Assembly (NCBI GenBank): GCA_019058275.1
Contig: JAHLVW010000045.1
Location: forward strand, 1 to 64,000
Source: Candidatus Heimdallarchaeota archaeon
GTDB taxonomy: Archaea; Asgardarchaeota; Heimdallarchaeia; JABLTI01
DNA length: 64,000 nt
Direction: 5' to 3'
Under the pieces are notes generated by a model, which worked only from the letters and a program-made list of their open reading frames with translations, did no database searches and was not told the DNA's origin. The translations under genes and the position numbers were made by a program. This document shows positions 28,219 through 38,881 of the stretch, in pieces. The stretch's first letter is position 1, and each line of letters opens with the position of its first letter.

Positions 28219-29616
28219 TCATTTCTGAGCTTTTGCTTTCTTTCTCTCAATTTTACGGATGATTGAATCCGCCACTTTTACCAAAGGATAAATTGTCTCA
28301 GAAACAGCTGGAGCATAACAAAAATCAATATCCATGAGATCGTAAGCTGTTAATCCAGTATGAATAGCCATTGCAATATAGTTTACATTTACATCTACTT
28401 TCTCTTCGCCTATTGCTTCTAATCCCAGAATTTTGCCATCATCAGCTTTTGCGATTAATTTCAAGGTAATATCCTTGGAAGTAGGCATGTAATGTGGTCT
28501 AATAGGTGCAGATAGTTTTGCAGTTACTGTTTCAATTTCAAGCTCTTTTGCATGTTCCTCGTTAATTCCTGCTAAACCAATGTAAAATGTTCTCGAAGAA
28601 ACAATAAAAGAATTAACATTCCCTGGATAAGATGCATTACCACCTGCAGCATTTATTCCTGCAACACGTCCTTGTCTTGTAGCAGGTCCTGCAAGTTGAG
28701 CAAGATTAGCAGAATTAGTAATTAAGTTATTTGTAACAATACAGTCACCAGCAGCATAAACACCATTGATACTTGTTTCCATTTTGTCATTGACTTCAAT
28801 TGCTCTATATTTTTCTGAAATCTTTAAATCTATTTTACTCGCTAATTCAATATTAGCTCTAACACCAGTTGCTAAAACAACTAGTTCAGTATCAATTGCT
28901 TCATCTAATGAATCATTTCCAAATTTAACAGATTGAACAGCATCTTTACCGATTATTTCTTTAACTAACACACCGGTTTCTACAATAATTCCAGTTCCTT
29001 CAAGATTCTTCTTTACAGTAACAGCAAATCCCTTAGAAATCTTGAAAGGCATTAATTGTGGTTGCATTTCTATAATGGTGACTTTTTTACCCAAGTGTGC
29101 TAATTCGGAAGCTACTTCAATACCAATAGCACTACCACCTACAACAACGGTATTTTTAACATCCTTGTTATCAGCTGCTTTCTTAATTGCATCAGCGTCT
29201 TCAGCAAATTTTAGTCGAAAAACATTACCAAGATTACGACCTGGAATTGGTGGAACAAAAACACTAGATCCTGTACAAAGTATCAATTTATCATATTCTA
29301 AAGTGAATTCTTCACCAGTTTCTGGTTTAACTTTAACAATCTTCTCTTTCAGATCTACATCTTCAACTACGGAGCTTTTATGAAGCTTAATTTTCATCAT
29401 TTCGTATCTAATATTCTCAATTATGGAATCAACTGAAGGTAAATAACCTCCAATAACGAATGGCATTGCACAAGGATGAAAAGTGTCATAAGCTTTTGTA
29501 TCTATAACTGTAATATCTGCTACTCGATTTTTAATACGAGCTGCACCAGCTGCACTTAATCCAGCAGGACCATTGCCTATGATTACAATTTTTTCTGTCA
29601 TTTTAGTCCTAACCAA
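28219..29616 (-). CDS. CoA-disulfide reductase / NADH oxidase family flavoprotein
   Basis: GNGPAG, redox Cys in HPCAMP, GGSAIG, YAAGDC, YAP. Confidence 0.9.
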   Translation of the reverse strand: MVRTKMTEKIVIIGNGPAGLSAAGAARIKNRVADITVIDTKAYDTFHPCAMPFVIGGYLPSVDSIIENIRYEMMKIKLHKSSVVEDVDLKEKIVKVKPETGEEFTLEYDKLILCTGSSVFVPPIPGRNLGNVFRLKFAEDADAIKKAADNKDVKNTVVVGGSAIGIEVASELAHLGKKVTIIEMQPQLMPFKISKGFAVTVKKNLEGTGIIVETGVLVKEIIGKDAVQSVKFGNDSLDEAIDTELVVLATGVRANIELASKIDLKISEKYRAIEVNDKMETSINGVYAAGDCIVTNNLITNSANLAQLAGPATRQGRVAGINAAGGNASYPGNVNSFIVSSRTFYIGLAGINEEHAKELEIETVTAKLSAPIRPHYMPTSKDITLKLIAKADDGKILGLEAIGEEKVDVNVNYIAMAIHTGLTAYDLMDIDFCYAPAVSETIYPLVKVADSIIRKIERKKAKAQK

Positions 29617-29624
29617 AAATTCTC

Positions 29625-30167
29625 TTAAATTTCTAATTGAAATGCCATATCTGCAGAATTTTTAACAGCGACACTAAAACCAGGTTGAAATCCAACAATA
29701 GCAGTATCCAAACCATTTGCTTTAGCAGCACGAAGAATTGGTGCACATCTTGCATGTCTACTTGCAACTATCACCATGCTGACATTCTTTTGGAAAACAC
29801 AATCCATAATTTCTATTGCCATCCGAATGTAAATATCCGAGGTAGCAACAATTGGTTCATAACCACTATTTTCAATAGCTCTCAACAAGGTTTTTGGAGC
29901 ATGACGATTTAAGATAACTTTGGCAATCTTAATCTGACCAAGTTTATTAGCAATTTTCTCAATATCTTCAAGTCGGATTTGTCTATTGTTTATCCTTCGC
30001 AAAATATTAGGAGCGTCAATGATTAAAGCTATTTTTTTTTGTTTTGCGAAAATATTCTTCACTGTTTTGAAGCCAATTCCCTTTTGCTCACTTAATGAGC
30101 TACTTAAAGCATCTTGAGCAACTAAATCCTCATCTGATGTCATATTCTGATCACAAGTGTTTGTCAC
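29625..30167 (-). CDS. NYN/PIN-like domain protein (TIGR00288-like)
   Basis: IALIIDAPNIL…FSVAVKNSAD; several acidic residues appear degenerate. Confidence 0.75.
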   Translation of the reverse strand: MTNTCDQNMTSDEDLVAQDALSSSLSEQKGIGFKTVKNIFAKQKKIALIIDAPNILRRINNRQIRLEDIEKIANKLGQIKIAKVILNRHAPKTLLRAIENSGYEPIVATSDIYIRMAIEIMDCVFQKNVSMVIVASRHARCAPILRAAKANGLDTAIVGFQPGFSVAVKNSADMAFQLEI

Positions 30168-30297
30168 TGGAATGTCAACCCCATTAATTAAAGAAGCTTT
30201 TTATGTTCTTTTTAATGTATTCTTTATTTTAAGAATACAAAAAAACCATTTAATAAAAATTATTAGCAAAAATAAAGATAAAACCAGGGTAAAAGGA

Positions 30298-31929
30298 TTA
30301 GACCCTGGAAACAAAGGTTTTGTTCTCTTTCTTAGAGACTTTAATTAAACCATCATCTTTTAAATCAGATACGATATGTTTAACAACATCTGGAGTTTGA
30401 CCAACAATCTTAGCTAAATCTCCAATAGCAATGTCTCCTCCAATATCTTGAATTGCTAGGAAAACACGGAACTTAGGAACTCCTTGTAGGGATTTAGTCA
30501 AATTTTTTACAAGAACATCTTTCTGTTCAACAGATCCTTCAAGTTCTGTTATTTGTGCTTTCATGTTCTCAAATTGAACCAAAATCTTATCGCGTTCTTC
30601 TTGTAATGCATCTCGGTCTTTCTCTATAACATCTTGAGTTTTGCTTACTTCTGAAACAGTTTTCTCCTTTTCATCTATAGCACTCTTTAAGTCTCGAATC
30701 TCTTTCTTCAAGTCATTGATTTCAGCTTCGTTTTTAGTTTTCTCTTTAAGTAATTCTTGTAGCTTACTTTCTTGGCCAGCTTTTTCAGATGAAATGCTTT
30801 CTTTAGCATCAGTAAGTTGACTCTTCAATTCTCTAATTTCATCGTCACGTTCATCAATGGTTTTTTCTTTGCTATCCAAATTTTGAGTTGTTGTCTCAAT
30901 TTTCTTTTCAACACGATCAAGAGAATCTTTTGTATCTGTTAATTGGTGTTCAGTTGCTTTCAAATCGTCTTGTAACTTCTTGATTTGAGCATCCTTTTCA
31001 GATTCAGCAGAAGCAACCGTTGCTTTAGAATCAGTAACTGTCTTTCTAAGTCTGTCAATTTCATCATTTTTTTGTTCTACTGCAGTTTTATAATTAGTAA
31101 TGGCAGTCATAGTCTCTTTCAGACGAATTTCGAGATCATCTGCTCTTTCTCGCTCTCGGTTAAGAGTATCTTCTAAACGACTTGTTTCAGACTCGAATTT
31201 TTCAGTACTTACAGACTTCATTTGTTCAATACGTTTATCCATTGAAGCCATTTGCTCTTTCATAGCCTTAATGTTTCTTTCCTGTTCCTGGATTACATCA
31301 TCCTTTTCTTGTAATTGTTTTTCAAAATGATCTTTTTCTTGGGATGAATCACCAACTTGACTTTGTAATTCTTCAATCTCAATACGTTGTTGAGCAAGTG
31401 TTTCACCATGTTCCATTACTTGCTTTTCGTACATTTCAATTGTTCGTTTTTGTTCATCCACTTTTCCTTGAAGTCTATTTAGCTCATCAATTTGACCTTC
31501 TCCTCTTTCAGCAATTCGGACTTTTTCATCCTCAAATATTTTTTCCTTTTCAAGGAGATTAGCTTTTAATCTGTTGTTTTCTTGTTCCAATTCAGCAATC
31601 CTTTGAGTAGCTTCACCACTAAAACTCAAATTACCGGACAAGGCACTACTTAAAGTATTTCCTAGGATTTTACTACCATTCCCTGAAGTTGAAGTCAGAA
31701 CTTGCTTAATATATTCCATTTCAAGACTTTTTATCGTATCAAAAATCGTACCAATCTCAGTTGGTGAGTAACTGGCTTTCGATGTTGCTAGAAAATTATT
31801 TTTTTGTTCGTTAAATCTTGAGGAAAACTCCAATTCAATTGTTTGCTTCATATCTTGCATTTCAGCAAGAAAACGTACGACTGACTGTCTCTTTATTTCA
31901 TCGACATTTGGTGGTTGCATTTCCGACAT
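30298..31929 (-). CDS. Long coiled-coil protein with C-terminal winged HTH
   Basis: About 380 aa of heptad repeats; C-terminal IGDLAKIVGQ…LKDDGLIKV. Confidence 0.75.
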   Translation of the reverse strand: MSEMQPPNVDEIKRQSVVRFLAEMQDMKQTIELEFSSRFNEQKNNFLATSKASYSPTEIGTIFDTIKSLEMEYIKQVLTSTSGNGSKILGNTLSSALSGNLSFSGEATQRIAELEQENNRLKANLLEKEKIFEDEKVRIAERGEGQIDELNRLQGKVDEQKRTIEMYEKQVMEHGETLAQQRIEIEELQSQVGDSSQEKDHFEKQLQEKDDVIQEQERNIKAMKEQMASMDKRIEQMKSVSTEKFESETSRLEDTLNRERERADDLEIRLKETMTAITNYKTAVEQKNDEIDRLRKTVTDSKATVASAESEKDAQIKKLQDDLKATEHQLTDTKDSLDRVEKKIETTTQNLDSKEKTIDERDDEIRELKSQLTDAKESISSEKAGQESKLQELLKEKTKNEAEINDLKKEIRDLKSAIDEKEKTVSEVSKTQDVIEKDRDALQEERDKILVQFENMKAQITELEGSVEQKDVLVKNLTKSLQGVPKFRVFLAIQDIGGDIAIGDLAKIVGQTPDVVKHIVSDLKDDGLIKVSKKENKTFVSRV

Positions 31930-32113
31930 TTTTGAGCCTCTTTTATCTAAATTATTAATACGAAATTACTTTTTAGCTCACTATTTGGTATAGGCAATAG
32001 TGATAATATTCTTTGTCCTTTATTAATCATTTAGGTGTGTCTATAGTAAGACAAATATTCTTAATAAAAGTTAAAAACATTTACAGAATATTATTTTTTT
32101 CCTTTAAGCAATC

Positions 32114-32809
32114 TCATTTATCAATTTTGATTTGGAGAATGTCCTCAAAATAGAGATAAAAGTTCTGGAAGAAGGATCGGAGTTTTGTAAAGGGTATTAC
32201 AGGAACTCTTTCATGAAAGAAAATCTCATCATCTAGCCAAGTAACTACCATAGGAATTAAATTAACTTTTTTCCACCCCTTAATGTTCATCTTCTCTTTT
32301 AGATTATCAAATGAATTACTTACTGCTTCTACCCTCATAATTTGCTCTTCAGCTGCTTTTTTCAATGCTGCTTTCTTCCCTATTCCACCATAGTGTTTGC
32401 AATCAATAAGAATTACATAAGGACTGTTTTTCAAAATGACATCAATTTGGTATTTTCGATCATTTGTCGAAAAATTTAATCCTGTTTTCGCTTCGTAACC
32501 AAACTCATCACCTACAATGGTTGTTAGTAATTCGAATTCTTGCCAAGATAGCTCCTTAATGATTTTTTCAAAATCAATTCCATCCATAGCTCCAAATATA
32601 GCTATCTTTGCTCTCTGTTCTTGAGTGATTTGATAGTTCTCGTCAATTGTTTTTTGAAAAATAATTCCTTTCTGGTTAAGATCCTTCAGAAAAGCAATGA
32701 CTCGACCTTTACTTGTACTTTCTATAAGTTCTGTGGTAATGAGAAAAGATTCTTCCTTTGATTGTTTTAGAGCTAATAGGAGCAATTCTTTGTCCATGTC
32801 GCAAATCAC
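32114..32809 (-). CDS. PD-(D/E)xK restriction endonuclease-like protein (Mrr/NERD-like)
   Basis: SWQEFE, QIDV, IDCK. Confidence 0.78.
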   Translation of the reverse strand: MICDMDKELLLLALKQSKEESFLITTELIESTSKGRVIAFLKDLNQKGIIFQKTIDENYQITQEQRAKIAIFGAMDGIDFEKIIKELSWQEFELLTTIVGDEFGYEAKTGLNFSTNDRKYQIDVILKNSPYVILIDCKHYGGIGKKAALKKAAEEQIMRVEAVSNSFDNLKEKMNIKGWKKVNLIPMVVTWLDDEIFFHERVPVIPFTKLRSFFQNFYLYFEDILQIKIDK

Positions 32810-32940
32810 CGAATAATGAAAAAGTGTTAATTGTAATTAAAAACCCTTTTGGTCAAACTGCGAAGTTTTTAATAGAAATATTAGGAAAAGACTTTTACTA
32901 TCAAATAAATTAGTACTAATTAGAAAATCTGCAAGAATTC

Positions 32941-33906
32941 ATGGTGATCAAACTGAGCGATAGGATATTGGTAACAGGTGGATGCGGTTTTATAGGTAGT
33001 AATATTGTTCAAAGATTAGTAAACGAAGGTTACAAAATAATTGTTCTAGATGATTTATCATCAGGGAAAAAGGAGTACATTAACGATTGTTTGGTTGAGA
33101 AGAAATGCGAATTCATTGAAGGTAGTATAACTGATGCCACTTTATTAGCAAAAATCATGCCTAAAATAGATTTAGTTATTCATGAAGCAGCAAAACCTGA
33201 TGTACGAGCAAGTAAAAAAAATCTCTTCAGAGATTTTAACACAAATGTTACCGGAACTTTGCATATCCTACAAGCTATGGCTCAAAACCAAGTACAGAAG
33301 ATAGTTTTTGCTTCATCGGGAGGAACAGTTTATGGAGAAACAGAAAAAACCCCTACTCCTGAAAATGAGCCTTTTGCACCAATAAGCCATTATGGTGCAT
33401 CCAAAGCAGCTTGTGAGCAATATCTGTCTAGCTTTTCTAGTCTTTATAATATTGAAGTAATCTCATTGAGATTAGGCAATATTTATGGACTTCCTTCAAA
33501 TCATGGAGTAATGTATGATTTCTTCTGGAAATTAGAAAAGAACCCGTCAACTATGGAGATATTAGGGGATGGAAACCAAATCAAATCCTATCTCTATGTA
33601 GATGATTGCGTTGATGCTCACATGTGTGCATTACAAAAAACACTAAAGGGACATACTGCATTCAACATTGCTTCCATAGAGGGAGCTTCAGTTAATGAAG
33701 TTGCAAGAGAAGTAGTTGAAGCTATGAACTTATCAAATGTTGAATTCACTTATACTGGAGGAAAAAGAGGTTGGGCTGGAGATGTCAGAAAAGCTGTTGT
33801 AGACATTTCAAAAGCAAATAAGCTCTTATCTTGGAAACCAAAGGTATCATTAAAGGAAGGTGTAAAGAGCTATATTTCCTGGTTGGAAACTGAACAAAAT
33901 AAGTAA
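32941..33906 (+). CDS. NAD-dependent epimerase/dehydratase (UDP-glucose 4-epimerase-like)
   Basis: TGGCGFIG and YGASK. Confidence 0.92.
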   Translation: MVIKLSDRILVTGGCGFIGSNIVQRLVNEGYKIIVLDDLSSGKKEYINDCLVEKKCEFIEGSITDATLLAKIMPKIDLVIHEAAKPDVRASKKNLFRDFNTNVTGTLHILQAMAQNQVQKIVFASSGGTVYGETEKTPTPENEPFAPISHYGASKAACEQYLSSFSSLYNIEVISLRLGNIYGLPSNHGVMYDFFWKLEKNPSTMEILGDGNQIKSYLYVDDCVDAHMCALQKTLKGHTAFNIASIEGASVNEVAREVVEAMNLSNVEFTYTGGKRGWAGDVRKAVVDISKANKLLSWKPKVSLKEGVKSYISWLETEQNK

Positions 33907-33912
33907 AGTGTT

Positions 33913-34581
33913 TCAGCAGCTTTTTCTTAGTAACTCAGTTAGCTCTTTTATCGATTTAACATGCTTCCAGATTTTAATGTTATATTTATCTGGGTCAAGA
34001 GCGTTTTTACGAATAAGAACAAATCTTAAGTTTGCATTTGTTGCTGTAACTCCATCAACCCATGAGTCGCCAATAAATAAGACATCATCAGGATTTAGTG
34101 AAAGTTTATTTATAATTGTAATTAATCCTTCTTTATCAGGTTTCATTTTTTCAATATCTTCTCTAGCTAAAACAATATCAAAATAATTAGTGATATTATA
34201 TCGTTCTAAAACCTCAATAGTAGGTTTTTTTGAGTTATTAGTTAAAATTGATGTAGAAATTCCTTTCTCTTTAAGGAATTCCAACATTGGATAAATATCT
34301 TGATCTATTGTGATACTTTCCATACCCAATCTTTCAAATTTCTCAACCATTTTCCAAAGCTCTTCTGCAAGATTGGTATTGTTTTTCTTATCATATTTCT
34401 TTACTTCATCAATAATATTCCCAGCAGTATATTTACGAGGTACTTCCTCATCTTTACCAAAATCAATACCATATTTCTTGGCATGTCGTGCCATACTAAT
34501 TTTCATAGCAGGAAAATTAATGCTGGATTTTACAAGTGTGTTATCAAAATCAAAGATTATTGCTAATTTACTCTTTTTCAT
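33913..34581 (-). CDS. HAD-family phosphatase
   Basis: FDFDNTL, KP, IGDSWVD. Confidence 0.9.
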   Translation of the reverse strand: MKKSKLAIIFDFDNTLVKSSINFPAMKISMARHAKKYGIDFGKDEEVPRKYTAGNIIDEVKKYDKKNNTNLAEELWKMVEKFERLGMESITIDQDIYPMLEFLKEKGISTSILTNNSKKPTIEVLERYNITNYFDIVLAREDIEKMKPDKEGLITIINKLSLNPDDVLFIGDSWVDGVTATNANLRFVLIRKNALDPDKYNIKIWKHVKSIKELTELLRKSC

Positions 34582-34621
34582 GAGGTTACCTCAGATTTAA
34601 ACTTCATAGATCAGACCTAAT

Positions 34622-35812
34622 TCAATCATCTTTCCTAACTTCTGAATGAGCTTTTATTTTAATTCCCTCATTAATACTAACGTTAGATGTAATAATTGTT
34701 TTTCCACCTACAATTACAAAATCCATTGGATTCTGTTCATCAGATGTAGAGACTCTTTTTGGTTTTACTCGAGTATTTTGCCCAATAACTATTTCTTCAG
34801 CAGCTATAAGATAGCTTAATTCACAATTATTGCCAACTTTACAATTGTCCATAAGTAAAATATTATCTAATACAGCTTCAGAACCTATTTCACAATCTCT
34901 TCCAATATAAACATCTGGTCCTATTTTAGATCCTGTTTCAATTAGTGTACCTTTTCCAACAAGAACTGGACCTTTAAAGTAAACACTTGAGAATTCTATC
35001 TCTGATTCTTCATCAAAGAAAATTTCTTCAGCAGCTTTAAATCCTATCTCTCCTCCAGAATGAAATTGCATGCTAATTTCATTATTACTTGGTGGAAAGA
35101 ATCGCTGAGCAGTGAATAAATCAGCAGGATTCTCAATACTCATCCATGAATCAGTTATTAGTGCTCCAAGTAAACCCCTTTTACCTAGTAAAGCAATGGC
35201 TTCGGTTAATTCGTACTCTCCTCTTTTAGATAAAGGTGTTTCACGAATTGCATCGAATATCTCTCTTTGGAATAAATAAATTCCTGCATTAATATAACCA
35301 ATATTATCCTTAATCTCTTCAGTTAGGATTTTTTCTTTAATATCCAAAACTCTTCCATCAGGTGTTACTTGTAACAATCCATACCTTTCACTCTTACCAG
35401 GATAAACTACTATCGTACATTGAGCTTCTAATTTTTCATGATGAGCAATGAGCTCTGGTAAAATGTCTTCAATATGAGCTATAATATCACCGTTAAGAAC
35501 AAGACATCTATCATAATTACCTATAAATTGCTCAGCTTGAGCAAGTGCATCACCGGTACCTTTTGGTGGATCTTGAATTGCAAACTTAATTTTATTAACA
35601 TATGGTTCTTTTGAGAAAAGTTCCTCCATTGCTCGTTTCTGCCAAGGTGAGATGACTAGAATTAACTCATCCATTAAACCAGAGTTTTCAATCATTTCAG
35701 CAAGTTTGATCAAAAGTGATTTGTTCCTAATGGGTAGGGATCCCTTTAGTCTCGTTTCAGTTAAAGGTTGCATTCGTTTACCTTTACCTGCTGCTAAGAT
35801 TATTACAATCAT
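34622..35812 (-). CDS. Sugar-phosphate nucleotidyltransferase (GlmU-like)
   Basis: ILAAGKGKRM, GTGDA, RGEYELT, C-terminal hexapeptide repeats. Confidence 0.9.
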   Translation of the reverse strand: MIVIILAAGKGKRMQPLTETRLKGSLPIRNKSLLIKLAEMIENSGLMDELILVISPWQKRAMEELFSKEPYVNKIKFAIQDPPKGTGDALAQAEQFIGNYDRCLVLNGDIIAHIEDILPELIAHHEKLEAQCTIVVYPGKSERYGLLQVTPDGRVLDIKEKILTEEIKDNIGYINAGIYLFQREIFDAIRETPLSKRGEYELTEAIALLGKRGLLGALITDSWMSIENPADLFTAQRFFPPSNNEISMQFHSGGEIGFKAAEEIFFDEESEIEFSSVYFKGPVLVGKGTLIETGSKIGPDVYIGRDCEIGSEAVLDNILLMDNCKVGNNCELSYLIAAEEIVIGQNTRVKPKRVSTSDEQNPMDFVIVGGKTIITSNVSINEGIKIKAHSEVRKDD

Positions 35813-35964
35813 TAAGGATGCTCCAAAACTCTCTATGGATAATCAATAATTGAATAGTGTTATTGTTTTTTAATTCTGTTATCGAATATAGATAAAAAGC
35901 TGAAAGGAATCAAAATTTCTCGCTAAAAATAAAAGAAATTATCAGCAAAATTGCTGAATACATC

Positions 35965-36657
35965 TTAATCTACAAGAGCAATAAGCTGTAGTTGAGTTCG
36001 AACTCTGAGATAGTCCTTAGCAAAATCAATAGATGACATATCTGCCCAATGGAATCGTTCTTCGATATCAAATATCTCTTCTTCAAGTTCTAATTTATGT
36101 CTCTCAGTATATTTCTCTCTTTCAGATCCACGATCTATTTTTGAACGACCAGCCAAAGCTCCTTTAATTCGAGCAATTTCATCTATTTTTTGATTGAGGA
36201 CTGCTTCCAACTGTTCCTTTTGTCGATTGTAAATAGCAATTGCATTTTCGGGTTTTGTTTTTGGTTTTACACCTTTTTCTAACAAGTGTCTTGCTGGTCT
36301 TAGAGGTTCACGAGCAAATAATCCTTTAATGGAATTAGCTATTTGAAAGAGGTGGTATTCAGGATTCCAACGTTTAATAATCCATAAATCAATAATTTTA
36401 CCTTTGCCAACTCGTGGGTGCTCAACTTCTGAAATCATTTTAACTAAAGGTGGAGTAGCTGGAAAACCTCCGAGCATCTCAAGTTCCACAGTAAAGAAAC
36501 GATTCTTAAATTCACCTCTACCAGGAACTAAACCACGCCAACGAGTCATATCACCCTTTATAGGCTCAAAACCGCGACCTTTTTCATACATCCAATTAGC
36601 TTCGCGTGCTAAGACAATATCAGGAATGTTTTTTATCATCTTAAAAATTCCAACCAT
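35965..36657 (-). CDS. UEV-domain ESCRT-I subunit (Vps23/Vps37-like)
   Basis: UBC fold FPATPP…HPRV…IDLWIIKRW lacking the catalytic Cys; coiled coil; C-terminal IDFAKDYLRVR steadiness-box/Mod(r)-like helix. Confidence 0.72.
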   Translation of the reverse strand: MVGIFKMIKNIPDIVLAREANWMYEKGRGFEPIKGDMTRWRGLVPGRGEFKNRFFTVELEMLGGFPATPPLVKMISEVEHPRVGKGKIIDLWIIKRWNPEYHLFQIANSIKGLFAREPLRPARHLLEKGVKPKTKPENAIAIYNRQKEQLEAVLNQKIDEIARIKGALAGRSKIDRGSEREKYTERHKLELEEEIFDIEERFHWADMSSIDFAKDYLRVRTQLQLIALVD

Positions 36658-36742
36658 TACTTTCTTCTAAGAGTTAATGGTAGCTTTTACATTATTAAAC
36701 GTTTTATTTTGACTAAGAAAAAAATAGGGTGAAATGGAGTCG

Positions 36743-37396
36743 TTATAATTCCATATCAACACCTTGTTTTGGGATACGAACGGTAACTCCAGAGTGAGTT
36801 TTCTCAACATTTTCCTTAAAATCTTCAGGACTTTGATCACGCCAATGCATAGGGACAACATTTTTCGGTTTTATAGCTCCAACAGCATCTAATGCTTCTT
36901 TAGGATCCATAGTATATTTGCCATCTATAGGTAGAAGAGCATAGTCAATATTTTCCAAATCGTTCATTTCTTTAATGAAGTCAGTATCTCCTGCAAAGTA
37001 AATTCTCTTACCTTTAGCTTCAATAACAAAAGCTGTTTGAATCTCCTTAGGGTGGAAAGGTTCACCAGGATTTCTAAAACGATGTACATTATAACCTGGT
37101 ACTCCATGTATGATAATTCCCTCAAAATCATGCTTTTGACCAGGATCTAAAGCAATAACATTTCCTTCTATGTTCCCAGAATTATCAGTGGAAGTTATTA
37201 TTACAGTCGAATCCTTCCTTGCTAGCTTGATTTTATTTGAATCTGAATGATCCATGTGCTTATGAGTGGAGAGGATTAAATCTGCTTTATCAGAATATTC
37301 AGATTCATCACCGCCATAGGGATCAATATAGATCACTTTATCATCGACTTTTAGCTTAAAAGATGCATGTCCGAGTAAACGTAAAACTAATGCCAT
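36743..37396 (-). CDS. MBL-fold metallo-hydrolase
   Basis: LGHAS, THKHMDH, FAGDT, PMHW. Confidence 0.9.
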   Translation of the reverse strand: MALVLRLLGHASFKLKVDDKVIYIDPYGGDESEYSDKADLILSTHKHMDHSDSNKIKLARKDSTVIITSTDNSGNIEGNVIALDPGQKHDFEGIIIHGVPGYNVHRFRNPGEPFHPKEIQTAFVIEAKGKRIYFAGDTDFIKEMNDLENIDYALLPIDGKYTMDPKEALDAVGAIKPKNVVPMHWRDQSPEDFKENVEKTHSGVTVRIPKQGVDMEL

Positions 37397-37480
37397 GTTT
37401 TTACCTCCTACAGAAAATTACACTAATGAAGATAAATTTGTTGTGCTTCGATTTAGTCAATTTCAAGATAAACCTATTAA

Positions 37481-38872
37481 TTGGAGGAAGGTATGAAATA
37501 TGGATTTAACCAAAAAAAAGAGAAATTTGTGATAAAGATGAATGGTATTTCTAGAGATGAACTTATTGAGTTACTTGGAAAATTAGTGAGTTTTAATACT
37601 GTAAACATCCCAACTGAAGATATTAAATCTCCAAAAGATTGTCCTGAATATATTGTAAAATACTTAATAGAGAGTGGTATAGATGCCAAATTATTCGAAG
37701 ATAATGGATACTATTCAGTATATGGGAAGGTGGGGAAAGGAGACTTTCACTTATTATTAATGGCTCATTTCGATGTTGTTCCAGTAAGTGATGGCTGGGA
37801 TACAAATCCATTTGAAATGGTAATTAAAGAAAATATTGCTTATGGAAGAGGTGTGATTGATAATAAGAATAATGTAGCTTCCATCATGACAATTCTTCAA
37901 GAAATAAAGAAACTAGATTTAGGAAATAAGATGACTGTCTGTTTTGAACTCTCAGGAGATGAGGAAATTGGAGGAGTTCATAGTGCTGGAAATTATCTAA
38001 AGAAATTCGATCGAATGCCTGATGCTGTTATGAATTTTGATGGAGCTGGAGAAGTTATAATCTCAAGACGTAGAAATGCTATGGGTGCAACACTAAAAAT
38101 ACCCAAGAAGAAAGCTAAAGCAACTGGTATCTTGGCAGAGAAGAAATTCACTTCAGAACAGAACGGAAGGCATACAGCCTATCAACATCGAGGAGCAGAT
38201 GTTCATTCCATGATAAAGGCATCAGTAGTTTCATCATGGGAATACTACAAAGTAATAGACTGTCAAGGCAAATTCATTAAGGGTAATGTTGTGCCGGATG
38301 AATGCACTCTAAATGTAATAGTTCCATCAGAGGAAAAGAAAGCAGAAGAGTATGAATATGATGCAGGATTGACTTCCTTATTCGAGAATTTACGGTATTT
38401 GGTTAATGTACAATTCCCAACCGAATTTTCTACTTATGGTATAACAATTGGACCCAATATGCTATTTGATAGAGGTGATCATTGGGAACTTGGTTTGGAC
38501 ATAAGAGCAATGACACAGAATTACACAGAAGTTGAGAGTGCTTTAAGAGAAATCTGTACTGAGCTTTTTGGTGAAAACCAATATGAGCTTGCATTTAAAC
38601 CAGGGCAAGGTATGGTTAACACCTCTAAAGACTCCATGCTAATATCCATAGTTCTTGAAGTGTCAAAGGAGCTTGAATTACCATCCAAAATTGTTGAGAT
38701 GGGTGGAGCATCAGATGCTAGGTATTTCTCTAGAGAAGGCATTCCAACATTTGATTTTGGTCCTGATGGTGGAGGTATCCACGCAAATAATGAATGGCTA
38801 AATCTTGATTCATTTTACAAGATAACTGGTTTCTATCTAGAGGTTGTAAAAAGGATACTCGAGAAAGTTTAG
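37481..38872 (+). CDS. M20 family peptidase/deacylase
   Basis: AHFDVVP, GRGVIDNK, GDEEIG, GGASDAR, IHANNE. Confidence 0.9.
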   Translation: MEEGMKYGFNQKKEKFVIKMNGISRDELIELLGKLVSFNTVNIPTEDIKSPKDCPEYIVKYLIESGIDAKLFEDNGYYSVYGKVGKGDFHLLLMAHFDVVPVSDGWDTNPFEMVIKENIAYGRGVIDNKNNVASIMTILQEIKKLDLGNKMTVCFELSGDEEIGGVHSAGNYLKKFDRMPDAVMNFDGAGEVIISRRRNAMGATLKIPKKKAKATGILAEKKFTSEQNGRHTAYQHRGADVHSMIKASVVSSWEYYKVIDCQGKFIKGNVVPDECTLNVIVPSEEKKAEEYEYDAGLTSLFENLRYLVNVQFPTEFSTYGITIGPNMLFDRGDHWELGLDIRAMTQNYTEVESALREICTELFGENQYELAFKPGQGMVNTSKDSMLISIVLEVSKELELPSKIVEMGGASDARYFSREGIPTFDFGPDGGGIHANNEWLNLDSFYKITGFYLEVVKRILEKV

Positions 38873-38881
38873 ATAAGTACA

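Noticed and set aside
35965-36657. Second active E2
   Set aside because: The protein contains no cysteine; the catalytic position is Asp.
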